A stretch of 64,000 nucleotides of DNA, from assembly GCF_009914755.1 (NCBI RefSeq), contig NC_060925.1; one strand, 5' to 3'. Position numbers and translations under genes: made by a program. Shown one piece after another: positions 13,005 to 28,000 of the stretch. The stretch's first letter is position 1. Each line of letters begins with the position of its first letter. The notes under the pieces were generated by a model that searched no databases, was not told the DNA's origin, and saw nothing but the letters and a program-made list of their open reading frames with translations. The DNA is from the human T2T-CHM13v2.0 reference genome, Homo sapiens.

Positions 13005-16000
13005 CGATTGGAATCATTATCAAATGGAATCGAATGGAATCACCGAATAGAATCGAATGGAACAATCATCGAATGGACTCAAATGGAATTATCCTCAAAT
13101 GGAATCGAATGGAATTATCGAATGCAATCGAATGGAATTATCGAATGCAATCGAATAGAATCATCGAATGGACTCGAATGGAATCATCGAATGGAATGGA
13201 ATGGAACAGTCAATGAACTCGAATGGAATCATCATTGAATGGAATCGAATGGAATCATCGAGTGGAATCGAATGGAATTATGATCAAATGGAATCGAATG
13301 TAATCATCATCAAATGGAATCAAAAATAACCATCATCAATTGGTATTGAATGGAATTCTCATCAAATGGAATTCAAAGGAATCATCATCAAATGGAACTG
13401 AATGGAATCCTCATTGAATGGAAATGAAAGGGGTCATCATCTAATGGAATCGCATGGAATCATCATCAAATGGAATCGAATGGAATCATCATCAAATGGA
13501 ATCTGATGGAATCATTGAACAGAATTGAATGGAATCGTCATCGAATGAATTGAATGCAATCATCACATGGTCTCGAATGTAATCACATTCTAATGGAAAG
13601 GAATGGAATCATCGCATAGAATAGAATGGAATTAACATTGAATGGACTCGAATGGAATCTACATCAAACGGAATCAAGCGGAATTATTGAATGGAATCGA
13701 AGAGAATCATCGAATGGTCTCGAATGGAATCATCTTCTAATGGAAAGGAATGGAATCATCTCATAGAATCGAATGGAATTAACATTGAATGGACTCGAAT
13801 GGAATCAACATCAAATGGAATCAAGCGGAATTATCGAATGAAATCGAAGAGAATCATCGAATGGACTCGAATGGAATCATCTAATGGAATGGAATGGAAT
13901 AATCCACGGACTCGAATGCAATCATCATCGTATAGAATCGAATGGAATCATCGAAAGGACTCGAATGGAATAACCATTGAACGGAATCGAATGGAATCAT
14001 CATCGGATGGAAACGAATGGAATCATCATCGAATGGAAATGAAAGGAGTCATCATCTAATGGAATTGCATGGAATCATCATAAAATGGAATCGAATGGAA
14101 TCATCATCAAATGGAATCAAATGGAATCATTGAACGGAATTGAATGGAATCGTCATCGAATGAATTGAATGCAATCATCAAATGGTCTCGAATGGAATCA
14201 TCTTCAAATGGAATGGAATGGAATCATCGCATAGAATCGAATGGAATTATCATCAAATGGAATCGAATGGTATCAACATCAAACGGAAAAAAACGGAATT
14301 ATCGAATGGAATCGAAGAGAATCTTCGAACGGACCCGAATGGAATCATCTAATGGAATGGAATGGAATAATCCATGGACTCGAATGCAATCATCATCGAA
14401 TGGAATCGAATGGAATCATTGAATGGACTCGAATGGAATAATCATTGAACGGAATCGAATGGAATCATCATCGGATGGAAACGAATGGAATCATCATCGA
14501 ATGGAATCGAATAGAATTATGGAATGAAATCCAGTGTGATCATCATCGAATGGACCCGAATGGAATCATCATCCAACGGAAGCTAATGGAATCAACATCG
14601 AATGAATCGAAAGGAAACACCATCGAATTGAAACGAATGGAATTATCATGAAATTGAAATGGATGGACTCATCATCGAATGGATTCGAATGGAATCATCG
14701 AATAAAATTGATTGAAATCATCATCGAATGGAATCGAATGGTATCATTGAATGGAATCGAATGGAATCATCATCAGATGGAAATGAATGGAATCGTCATA
14801 GAATGGAATCGGATGGATTCATTGAATGGAATCAGATGGAATCATCGAATGGACTGGAATGGAATCATTGAATGGACTCGAAAGGGATCATTATTGAATG
14901 GAATTGAATGGAATCATCGAATGGTCTCGATTGGAATCATTATCAAATGGAATCGAATGGAATCACCGAATAGAATCGAATGGAACAATCATCGAATGGA
15001 CTCAAATGGAATTATCCTCAAATGGAATCGAATGGAATTATCGAATGCAATCGAATGGAATTATCGAATGCAATCGAATAGAATCATCGAATGGACTCGA
15101 ATGGAATCATCGAATGGAATGGAATGGAACAGTCAATGAACTCGAATGGAATCATCATTGAATGGAATCGAATGGAATCATCGAGTGGAATCGAATGGAA
15201 TTATGATCAAATGGAATCGAATGTAATCATCATCAAATGGAATCAAAAATAACCATCATCAATTGGTATTGAATGGAATTCTCATCAAATGGAATTCAAA
15301 GGAATCATCATCAAATGGAACTGAATGGAATCCTCATTGAATGGAAATGAAAGGGGTCATCATCTAATGGAATCGCATGGAATCATCATCAAATGGAATC
15401 GAATGGAATCATCATCAAATGGAATCTGATGGAATCATTGAACAGAATTGAATGGAATCGTCATCGAATGAATTGAATGCAATCATCAAATGGTCTCGAA
15501 TGTAATCACATTCTAATGGAAAGGAATGGAATCATCGCATAGAATAGAATGGAATTAACATTGAATGGACTCGAATGGAATCTACATCAAACGGAATCAA
15601 GCGGAATTATTGAATGGAATCGAAGAGAATCATCGAATGGTCTCGAATGGAATCATCTTCTAATGGAAAGGAATGGAATCATCTCATAGAATCGAATGGA
15701 ATTAACATTGAATGGACTCGAATGGAATCAACATCAAATGGAATCAAGCGGAATTATCGAATGAAATCGAAGAGAATCATCGAATGGACTCGAATGGAAT
15801 CATCTAATGGAATGGAATGGAATAATCCACGGACTCGAATGCAATCATCATCGTATAGAATCGAATGGAATCATCGAAAGGACTCGAATGGAATAACCAT
15901 TGAACGGAATCGAATGGAATCATCATCGGATGGAAACGAATGGAATCATCATCGAATGGAAATGAAAGGAGTCATCATCTAATGGAATTGCATGGAATCA

Positions 16001-19000
16001 TCATAAAATGGAATCGAATGGAATCATCATCAAATGGAATCAAATGGAATCATTGAACGGAATTGAATGGAATCGTCATCGAATGAATTGAATGCAATCA
16101 TCAAATGGTCTCGAATGGAATCATCTTCAAATGGAATGGAATGGAATCATCGCATAGAATCGAATGGAATTATCATCAAATGGAATCGAATGGTATCAAC
16201 ATCAAACGGAAAAAAACGGAATTATCGAATGGAATCGAAGAGAATCTTCGAACGGACCCGAATGGAATCATCTAATGGAATGGAATGGAATAATCCATGG
16301 ACTCGAATGCAATCATCATCGAATGGAATCGAATGGAATCATTGAATGGACTCGAATGGAATAATCATTGAACGGAATCGAATGGAATCATCATCGGATG
16401 GAAACGAATGGAATCATCATCGAATGGAATCGAATAGAATTATGGAATGAAATCCAGTGTGATCATCATCGAATGGACCCGAATGGAATCATCATCCAAC
16501 GGAAGCTAATGGAATCAACATCGAATGAATCGAAAGGAAACACCATCGAATTGAAACGAATGGAATTATCATGAAATTGAAATGGATGGACTCATCATCG
16601 AATGGATTCGAATGGAATCATCGAATAAAATTGATTGAAATCATCATCGAATGGAATCGAATGGTATCATTGAATGGAATCGAATGGAATCATCATCAGA
16701 TGGAAATGAATGGAATCGTCATAGAATGGAATCGGATGGATTCATTGAATGGAATCAGATGGAATCATCGAATGGACTGGAATGGAATCATTGAATGGAC
16801 TCGAAAGGGATCATTATTGAATGGAATTGAATGGAATCATCGAATGGTCTCGATTGGAATCATTATCAAATGGAATCGAATGGAATCACCGAATAGAATC
16901 GAATGGAACAATCATCGAATGGACTCAAATGGAATTATCCTCAAATGGAATCGAATGGAATTATCGAATGCAATCGAATGGAATTATCGAATGCAATCGA
17001 ATAGAATCATCGAATGGACTCGAATGGAATCATCGAATGGAATGGAATGGAACAGTCAATGAACTCGAATGGAATCATCATTGAATGGAATCGAATGGAA
17101 TCATCGAGTGGAATCGAATGGAATTATGATCAAATGGAATCGAATGTAATCATCATCAAATGGAATCAAAAATAACCATCATCAATTGGTATTGAATGGA
17201 ATTCTCATCAAATGGAATTCAAAGGAATCATCATCAAATGGAACTGAATGGAATCCTCATTGAATGGAAATGAAAGGGGTCATCATCTAATGGAATCGCA
17301 TGGAATCATCATCAAATGGAATCGAATGGAATCATCATCAAATGGAATCTGATGGAATCATTGAACAGAATTGAATGGAATCGTCATCGAATGAATTGAA
17401 TGCAATCATCAAATGGTCTCGAATGTAATCACATTCTAATGGAAAGGAATGGAATCATCGCATAGAATAGAATGGAATTAACATTGAATGGACTCGAATG
17501 GAATCTACATCAAACGGAATCAAGCGGAATTATTGAATGGAATCGAAGAGAATCATCGAATGGTCTCGAATGGAATCATCTTCTAATGGAAAGGAATGGA
17601 ATCATCTCATAGAATCGAATGGAATTAACATTGAATGGACTCGAATGGAATCAACATCAAATGGAATCAAGCGGAATTATCGAATGAAATCGAAGAGAAT
17701 CATCGAATGGACTCGAATGGAATCATCTAATGGAATGGAATGGAATAATCCACGGACTCGAATGCAATCATCATCGTATAGAATCGAATGGAATCATCGA
17801 AAGGACTCGAATGGAATAACCATTGAACGGAATCGAATGGAATCATCATCGGATGGAAACGAATGGAATCATCATCGAATGGAAATGAAAGGAGTCATCA
17901 TCTAATGGAATTGCATGGAATCATCATAAAATGGAATCGAATGGAATCATCATCAAATGGAATCAAATGGAATCATTGAACGGAATTGAATGGAATCGTC
18001 ATCGAATGAATTGAATGCAATCATCAAATGGTCTCGAATGGAATCATCTTCAAATGGAATGGAATGGAATCATCGCATAGAATCGAATGGAATTATCATC
18101 AAATGGAATCGAATGGTATCAACATCAAACGGAAAAAAACGGAATTATCGAATGGAATCGAAGAGAATCTTCGAACGGACCCGAATGGAATCATCTAATG
18201 GAATGGAATGGAATAATCCATGGACTCGAATGCAATCATCATCGAATGGAATCGAATGGAATCATTGAATGGACTCGAATGGAATAATCATTGAACGGAA
18301 TCGAATGGAATCATCATCGGATGGAAACGAATGGAATCATCATCGAATGGAATCGAATAGAATTATGGAATGAAATCCAGTGTGATCATCATCGAATGGA
18401 CCCGAATGGAATCATCATCCAACGGAAGCTAATGGAATCAACATCGAATGAATCGAAAGGAAACACCATCGAATTGAAACGAATGGAATTATCATGAAAT
18501 TGAAATGGATGGACTCATCATCGAATGGATTCGAATGGAATCATCGAATAAAATTGATTGAAATCATCATCGAATGGAATCGAATGGTATCATTGAATGG
18601 AATCGAATGGAATCATCATCAGATGGAAATGAATGGAATCGTCATAGAATGGAATCGGATGGATTCATTGAATGGAATCAGATGGAATCATCGAATGGAC
18701 TGGAATGGAATCATTGAATGGACTCGAAAGGGATCATTATTGAATGGAATTGAATGGAATCATCGAATGGTCTCGATTGGAATCATTATCAAATGGAATC
18801 GAATGGAATCACCGAATAGAATCGAATGGAACAATCATCGAATGGACTCAAATGGAATTATCCTCAAATGGAATCGAATGGAATTATCGAATGCAATCGA
18901 ATGGAATTATCGAATGCAATCGAATAGAATCATCGAATGGACTCGAATGGAATCATCGAATGGAATGGAATGGAACAGTCAATGAACTCGAATGGAATCA

Positions 19001-19047
19001 TCATTGAATGGAATCGAATGGAATCATCGAGTGGAATCGAATGGAAT
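13005..19047 (+). repeat. Near-identical tandem triplication with 1923-bp period
   Basis: Identical ORF translations at 13691/15614/17537, 14144/16067/17990 and 14648/16571/18494. The rare variant GGAATCGGATGGATTC occurs near 14811, 16734 and 18657. Confidence 0.9.
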
Positions 19048-22000
19048 TAAGATCAAATGGAATCGAATGTAATCATCATCAAATGGAATCAAAAATAACC
19101 ATCATCAATTGGTATTGAATGGAATTGTCATCAAATGGAATTCAAAGGAATCATCATCAAATGGAACCGAATGGAATCCTCGTTGAATGGAAATGAAAGG
19201 GGTCATCATCTAATGGAATCGCATGGAAACATCATAAAATGGAATCGAATGGAATCAACATCAAATGGAATCAAATGGAATCATTGAACGGAATTGAATG
19301 GAATGGTCATCGAAAGAATTGAATGCAATCATCGAATGGTCTCGAATGGAATCATCTTCAAATGGAATGGAATTGAATCATCGCATAGAATCGAAAGGAA
19401 TTATCATCGAATGGAATCGAATGGAATCAACACCAAACGGAAAAAAACGGAATTATCGAATGGAATCGAAGAGAATCATCGAATGGACCCGAATGGAATC
19501 ATCTAATGGAATGGAATGGAATAATCCATGGACTCGAATGCAATCATCATCGAATGGAATCGAATGGAATCATCGAATGGACTCGAATGGAATAATCATT
19601 GAACGGAATCGAATGGAATCATCATCGGATGGAAACGAATGGAATCATCATGGAATGGAATCGAATAGAATTATGGAATGAAATCCAGTGTGATCATCAT
19701 CGAATGGACCCGAATGGAATCATCATCCAACGGAAGCTAATGGAATCAACATCGAATGAATCAAATGGAAACACCATCGAATTGAAACGAATGGAATTAC
19801 CATGAAATTGAAATGGATGGACTCATCATCAAATGGATTCGAATGGAATAATCGAATAAAATTGATTGAAATCATCATCGAATGGAATCGAATGGTATCA
19901 TTGAATGGAATCGAATGGAATCATCATCAGATGGAAATGAATGGAATCGTCATAGAATGGAATCGAATGGATTCATTGAATGGAATCAGATGGAATCATT
20001 GAATGGACTGGAATGGAATCATTGAATGGACTCGAAAGGGATCATTATTGAATGGAATTGAATGGAATCATCGAATGGTCTCGATAGGAATCATTATCAA
20101 ATGGAATCGAATGGAATCACCGAATAGAATCGAATGGAACAATCATCGAATGGACTCAAATGGAATTATCCTCTAATGGAATCGAATGGAATTATCGAAT
20201 GCAATCGAATGGAATTATCGAATGCAATCGAATAGAATCATCGAATGGACTCGAATGGAATCATCGAATGGAATGGAATGGAACAGTCAATGAACTCGAA
20301 TGGAATCATCATTGAATGGAATCGAATGGAATCATCGAGTGGAATCGAATGGAATTATGATCAAATGGAATCGAATGTAATCATCATCAAATGGAATCAA
20401 AAATAACCATCATCAATTGGTATTGAATGGAATTGTCATCAAGTGGAATTCAAAGGAAACATCATCAAATGGAACCGAATGGAATCCTCATTGAATGGAA
20501 ATGAAAGGGGTCATCGTCTAATGGAATCGCATGGAATCATGATCAAATGGAATCGAATGGAATCATCATCAAATGGAATCTAATGGAATCATTCAACAGA
20601 ATTGAATGGAATCGTCATCGAATGAATTGAATGCAATCATCGAATGGTCTCGAATGGAACCATCTTCTAATGGAAAGGAATGGAATCATCGCATAGAATC
20701 GAATGGAATTGTCATCGAATGGAATCGAATGGTATCAACACCAAACGGAAAAAAACGGAATTATCGAATGGAATCGAAGAGAATCTTCGAACGGACCCGA
20801 ATGGAATCATCTAATGGAATGGAATGGAATAATCCATGGACTCGAATGCAATCATCATCGAATGGAATCGAATGGAATCATCGAATGGACTCGAATGGAA
20901 TAATCATTGAACGGAATCGAATGGAATCATCATCGGATGGAAACGAATGGAATCATCATCGGATAGGAATGAAAGGAGTCATCATCTAATGGAATTGCAT
21001 GGAATCATCATAAAATGGAATCGAATGGAATCAACATCAAATGGAATCAAATGGAATCATTGAACGGAATTGAATGGAATCGTCATCGAATGAATTGAAT
21101 GCAATCATCGAATGGTCTCGAATGGAATCATCTTCAAATGGAATGGAATGGAATCATTGCATAGAATCGAATGGAATTATCATCGAATGGAATCGAATGG
21201 TATCAACATCAAACGGAAAAAAACGGAATTATCGAATGGAATCGAAGAGAATCTTCGAACGTACCCGAATGGAATCATCTAATGGAGTGGAATGGAATAA
21301 TCCATGGACTCGAATGCAATCATCATCGAATGGAATCGAATGGAATCATCGAATGGACTCGAATGGAATAATCATTGAACGGAATCGAATGGAATCATCA
21401 TCGGATGGAAATGAATGGAATGATCATCGAATGGAATCGAATAGAATTATGGAATGAAATCCAGTGTGATCATCATCGAATGGACCCGAATGGAATCATC
21501 ATCCAACGGAAGCTAATGGAATCAACATCGAATGAATCGAATGGAAACACCATCGAATTGAAACGAATGGAATTATCATGAAATTGAAATGGATGGACCC
21601 ATCATCGAATGGATTCGAATGGAATCATCGAATAAAATTGATTGAAATCATCATCAAATGGAATCGAATGGTGTCATTGAATGGGATCGAATGGAATCAT
21701 CGTCAGATGGAAATGAATGGAATCGTCATAGAATGGAATCGAATGGATTCATTGAATGGAATCAGATGGAATCATCGAATGGACTGGAATGGAATCATTG
21801 AATGGACTCGAATGGAATCATTATTGAATGGAATTGAATGGAATCATCGAATGGTCTCGATTGGAATCATTATCACATGGAATCGAATGGAATCACCGAA
21901 TAGAATCGAATGGAACAATCATCGAATGGACTCAAATGGAATTATCCTCAAATGGAATCGAATGGAATTATCGAATGCAATCGAATGGAATTATCGAATG

Positions 22001-25000
22001 CAATCGAATAGAATCATCGAATGGACTCGAATGGAATCATCGAATGGAATGGAATGGAACAGTCAATGAACTCGAATGGAATCATCATTGAATGGAATCG
22101 AATGGAATCATCGAGTGGAATCGAATGGAATTATGATCAAATGGAATCGAATGTAATCCTCATCAAATGGAATCAAAAATAACGATCATCAATTGGTATT
22201 GAATGGAATTGTCATCAAATGTAATTGAAAGGAATCATCATCAAATGGAACCGAATGGAATCCTCATTGAATGGAAATGAAAGTGGTCATCATCTAATGG
22301 AATCGCATGGAATCATCATCAAATGGAATCGAATGGAATCATCATGAAATGGAATCTAAGGGAATCATTGAACAGAATTGAATGGAATCGTCATCGAATG
22401 AATTGAATGCAATCATCGAATGGTCTCGAATGGAATCATCTTCAAATGGAAAGGAATGGAATCATCGCATAGAATCGAATGGAATTATCATCGAATGGAA
22501 TCCAATGGTATCAACATCAAACGGAAAAAAACGGAATTATGGAATGGAATCGAAGAGAATCTTCGAACGGACCCGAATGGAATCATCTAATGGAATGGAA
22601 TGGAATAATCCATGGACTCGAATGCAATCATCATCAAATGGAATCGAATGGAATCATCGAATGGACTCGAATGGAATAATCATTGAACGGAATCGAATGG
22701 AATCATCATCGGATGGAAACGAATGGAATCATCATCGAATGGAAATGAAAGGAGTCATCATCTAATGGAATTGCATGGAATCATCATAAAATGGAATCGA
22801 ATGGAATCAACATCAAATGGAATCAAATGGAATCATTGAACGGAATTGAATGGAATCATCATCGAATGAATTGACTGCAATCATCGAATGGTCTCGAATG
22901 GAATCATCTTCAAATGGAATGGAATGGAATCATCGCATAGAATCGAATGGAATTATCATCGAATGGATTCGAATGGAATCAACATCAAACGGAAAAAAAC
23001 GGAATTATCGAATGGAATCGAAGGGAATCATCGAAGGGACCCGAATGGAATCATCTAATGGAATGGAATGGAATAATCCATGGACTCGAATGCAATCATC
23101 ATCGAATGGAATCGAATGGAATCATCGAATGGACTCGAATGGAATAATCATTGAACGGAATCGAATGGAATCATCATCGGATGGAAATGAATGGAGTCAT
23201 CATCGAATGGAATCGAATAGAATTATGGAATGAAATCCAGTGTGATCATCATCGAATGGACCCGAATGGAATCATCATCCAACGGAAGCTAATGGAATCA
23301 ACATCGAATGAATCAAATGGAAACACCATCGAATTGAAACGAATGGAATTACCATGAAATTAAATTGGATGGACTCATCCTCAAATGGATTCGAGTGGAA
23401 TCATCGAATAAAATTGATTGAAATCATCATCAAATGGAATCGAATGGTATCATTGAATGGAATCGAATGGAATCATCATCAGATGGAAATGAAAGGAATC
23501 GTCATAGAATGGAATCAAATGGATTCATTGAATGGAATCAGATGGAATCATTGAATGGACTGGAATGGAATCATTGAATGGACTCGAAAGGGATCATTAT
23601 TGAATGGAATTGAATGGAATCATCGAATGGTCTCGATTGGAATCATTATCAAATGGAATCGAATGGAATCACCGAATAGAATCGAATGGAACAATCATCG
23701 AATGGACTCAAATGGAATTATCCTCAAATGGAATTGAATGGAATTATCGAATGAAATCGAATGGAATTATCGAATGCAATCGAATAGAATCATCGAATGG
23801 ACTCGAATGGAATCATCGAATGGAATGGAATGGAACAGTCAATGAACTCGAATGGAATCATCATTGAATGGAATCGAATGGAATCATCGAGTGGAATCGA
23901 ATGTAATCATCATCAAATGGAATCAAAAATAACCATCATCAAATGGAATCAAAAATAACCATCATCAATTGGTATTGAATGGAATTCTCATCAAATGGAA
24001 TTCAAAGGAATCATCATCAAATGGAACCGAATGGAATCCTCATTGAATGGAAATGAAAGGGGTCATCATCTAATGGAATCGCAAGGAATCATCATAAAAT
24101 GGAATCGAATGGAATCAACATCAAATGGAATCAAATGGAATCATTGAACGGAATTGAATGGAATCGTCATCGAATGAATTGAATGCAATCATCGAATGGT
24201 CTCGAATGGAATCATCTTCAAATGGAATGGAATAGAATCATCGCATAGAATCGAATGGAATTATCATCGAATGGAATCGAATGGAATCAACATCAAACGG
24301 AAAAAAACCGAATTATCGAATGGAATCGAAGAAAATCATCGAATTGACCCGAATGGAATCATCTAATGGAATGGAATGGAATAATCCATGGACTCGAATG
24401 CAATCATCATCGAATGGAATCGAATGGAATCATCGAATGGACTCGAATGGAATAATCATTGAACGGAATCGAATGGAATCATCATCGGATGGAAATGAAT
24501 GGAATCATCATCGAATGGAATCGAATAGAATTATGGAATGAAATCCAGTGTGATCATCATCGAATGGACCCGAATGGAATCATCATCCATCGGAAGCAAA
24601 TGGAATCAACATCGAATGAATCGAATGGAAACACCATCGAATTGAAACGAATGGAATTATCATGAAATTGAAATGGATGGACTCATCATCGAATGGATTC
24701 GAATGGAATCATCGAATAAAATTGATTGAAATCATCATCAAATGGAATCGAATGGTATCATTGAATGGAATCGAATGGAATCATCATCAGATGGAAATGA
24801 ATGGAATCGTCATAGAATGGAATCGAATGGATTCATTGAATGGAATCAGATGGAATCATCGAATGGACTGGAATGGAATCATTGAATGGACTCGAAAGGG
24901 ATCATTATTGAATGGAATTGAATGGAATCATCGAATGGTCTCGATTGGAATCATTATCAAATGGAATCGAATGGAATCACCGAATAGAATCGAATGGAAC

Positions 25001-28000
25001 AATCATCGAATGGACTCAAATGGAATTATCCTCCAATGGAATCGAATGGAATTATCGAATGCAATCGAATGGAATTATCGAATGCAATCGAATAGAATCA
25101 CCGAATGGACTCGAATGGTATCATCGAGTGGAATCGAATGGAATTATGATCAAATGGAATCGAATGTAATCATCATCAAATGGAATCAAAAATAACCATC
25201 ATCAATTGGTATTGAATGGAATTGTTATCAAATGGAATTCAAAGAAATCATCATCAAATGGAACTGAATGGAATCCTCATTGAATGGAAATGAAAGGGGT
25301 CATCATCTAATGGAATAGCATGGAATAATCATCAAATGGAATCGAATGAAATCATCATCAAATTGAATCTAATGGAAACATTGAACAGAATTGAATGGAA
25401 TCGTCATCGAATGAATTGAATGCAATCATCGAATGGTCTCGAATGGAATCATCGTCTAATGGAAAGGAATGGAATCATCGCATAGAATCGAATGGAATTA
25501 ACATTGAATGGAATCGAATGGAATCAACATCAAATGGAATCAAGCGGAATTATCGAACGAAATCGAAGAGAATCATCGAATGGACCCGAATGGAATCATC
25601 TAATGGAATGGAATGGAATAATCCATGGACTCGAATGCAATCATCATCGAATGGAATCGAATGGAATCATCGAATGGACTCGAATGGAATAATCATTGAA
25701 CGGAATCGAATGGAATCATCATCGGATGGAAACGAATGGAATCATCATCGAATGGAATCGAATAGAATTATGGAATGAAATCCAGTGTGATCATCATCGA
25801 ATGGACCCGAATGGAATCATCATCCAACGGAAGCTAATGGAATCAACATCGAATGAATCGAATGGAAACACCATCGAATTGAAACGAATGGAATTACCAT
25901 GAAATTGAAATGGATGGACTCATCATCAAATGGATTCGAATGGAATCATCGAATAAAATTAATTGAAATCATCATCGAATGGAATCGAATGGTATCATTG
26001 AATGGAATCGAATGGAATCATCATCAGATGGAAATGAATGGAATCGTCATAGAATGGAATCGAATGGATTCATTGAATGGAATCAGATGGAATCATTGAA
26101 TGGACTGGAATGGAATCATTGAATGGACTCGAAAGGGATCATTATTGAATGGAATTGAATGGAATCATCGAATGGTCTCGATTGGAATCATTATCAAATG
26201 GAATCGAATGGAATCACCGAATAGAATCGAATGGAACAATCATCGAATGGACTCAAATGGAATTATCCTCCAATGGAATCGAATGGAATTATCGAATGCA
26301 ATCGAATGGAATTATCGAATGCAATCGAATAGAATCATCGAATGGACTCGAATGGAATCATCGAATGGAATGGAATGGAACAGTCAATGAACTCGAATGG
26401 AATCATCATTGAATGGAATCATCGAGTGGAATCGAAAGGAATTATGATCAAATGGAATCGAACGTAATCATCATCAAATGGAATCAAAAATAACCATCAT
26501 CAATTGGTATTGAATGGAATTCTCATCAAATGGAATTCAAAGGAATCATCATCAAATGGAACCGAATGGAATCCTCATTGAATGGAAATGAAAGGGGTCA
26601 TCATCTAATAGAATCGCATGGAATCATCATCAAATGGAATCGAATGGAATCATCATCAAATGGAATCTAATGGAATCATTGAAAAGAATTGAAGGGAGTC
26701 GTCATCGAATGAATTGAATGCAATCATCGAATGGTCTCGAATGGAATCATCTTCTAATGGAAAGGACTGGAATCATCGCATAGAATCGAATGGAATTATC
26801 ATCGAATGGAATCGAATGGTATCAACACCAAACGGAAAAAAACGGAATTATTGAATGGAATCGAAGAGAATCTTCGAACGGACCCGAATGGAATCATCTA
26901 ATGGAATGGAATGGAATAATCCATGGACTCGAATGCAATCATCATCGAATGGAATCGAATGGAATCATCGAATGGACTCGAATGGAATAATCATTGAACG
27001 GAATCGAATGGAATCATCATCGGATGGAAACGAATGGAATCATCATCGAATGGAAATGTAAGGAGTCATCATCTAATGGAATTGCATGGAATCATCATAA
27101 AATGGAATCGAATGGAATCAACATCAAATGGAATCAAATGGAATCATTGAACGGAATTGAATGGAATCGTCATCGAATGAATTGAATGCAATCATCGAAT
27201 GGTCTCGAATGGAATCATCTTCAAATGGAATGGAATGGAATCATCGCATAGAATCGAATGGAATTATCATCGAATGGAATCGAATGGAATCAACATCAAA
27301 CAGAAAAAAACGGAATTATCGAATGGAATCGAAGAGAATCATCGAATGGACCCGAATGGAATCATCTAATGGAATGGAATGGAATAATCCATGGACTCGA
27401 ATGCAATCATCATCGAATGGAATCGAATGGAATCATCGAATGGACTCGAATGGAATAATCATTGAACGGAATCGAATGGAATCATCATCGGATGGAAATG
27501 AATGGAATCATCATCGAATGGAATCGAATAGAATTATGGAACGAAATCCAGTGTGATCATCATCGAATGGACCCGAATGGAATCATCATCCAACGGAAGC
27601 TAATGGAATCAACATCGAATGAATCGAATGGAAACACCATCGAATTGAAACGAATGGAATTATCATGAAATTGAAATGGATGGACTCATCATCGAATGGA
27701 TTCGAATGGAATCATCGAATAAAATTGATTGAAATCATCATCGAATGGTATCGAATGGTATCATTGAATGGAATCGAATGGAATCATCATCAGATGGAAA
27801 TGAATGGAATCGTCATAGAATGGAATCGAATGGATTCATTGAATGGAATCAGATGGAATCATCGAATGGACTGGAATGGAATCATTGAATGGACTCGAAA
27901 GGGATCATTATTGAATGGAATTGAATGGAATCATTGAATGGTCTCGATTGGAATCATTATCAAATGGAATCGAATGGAATCACCGAATAGAATCGAATGG

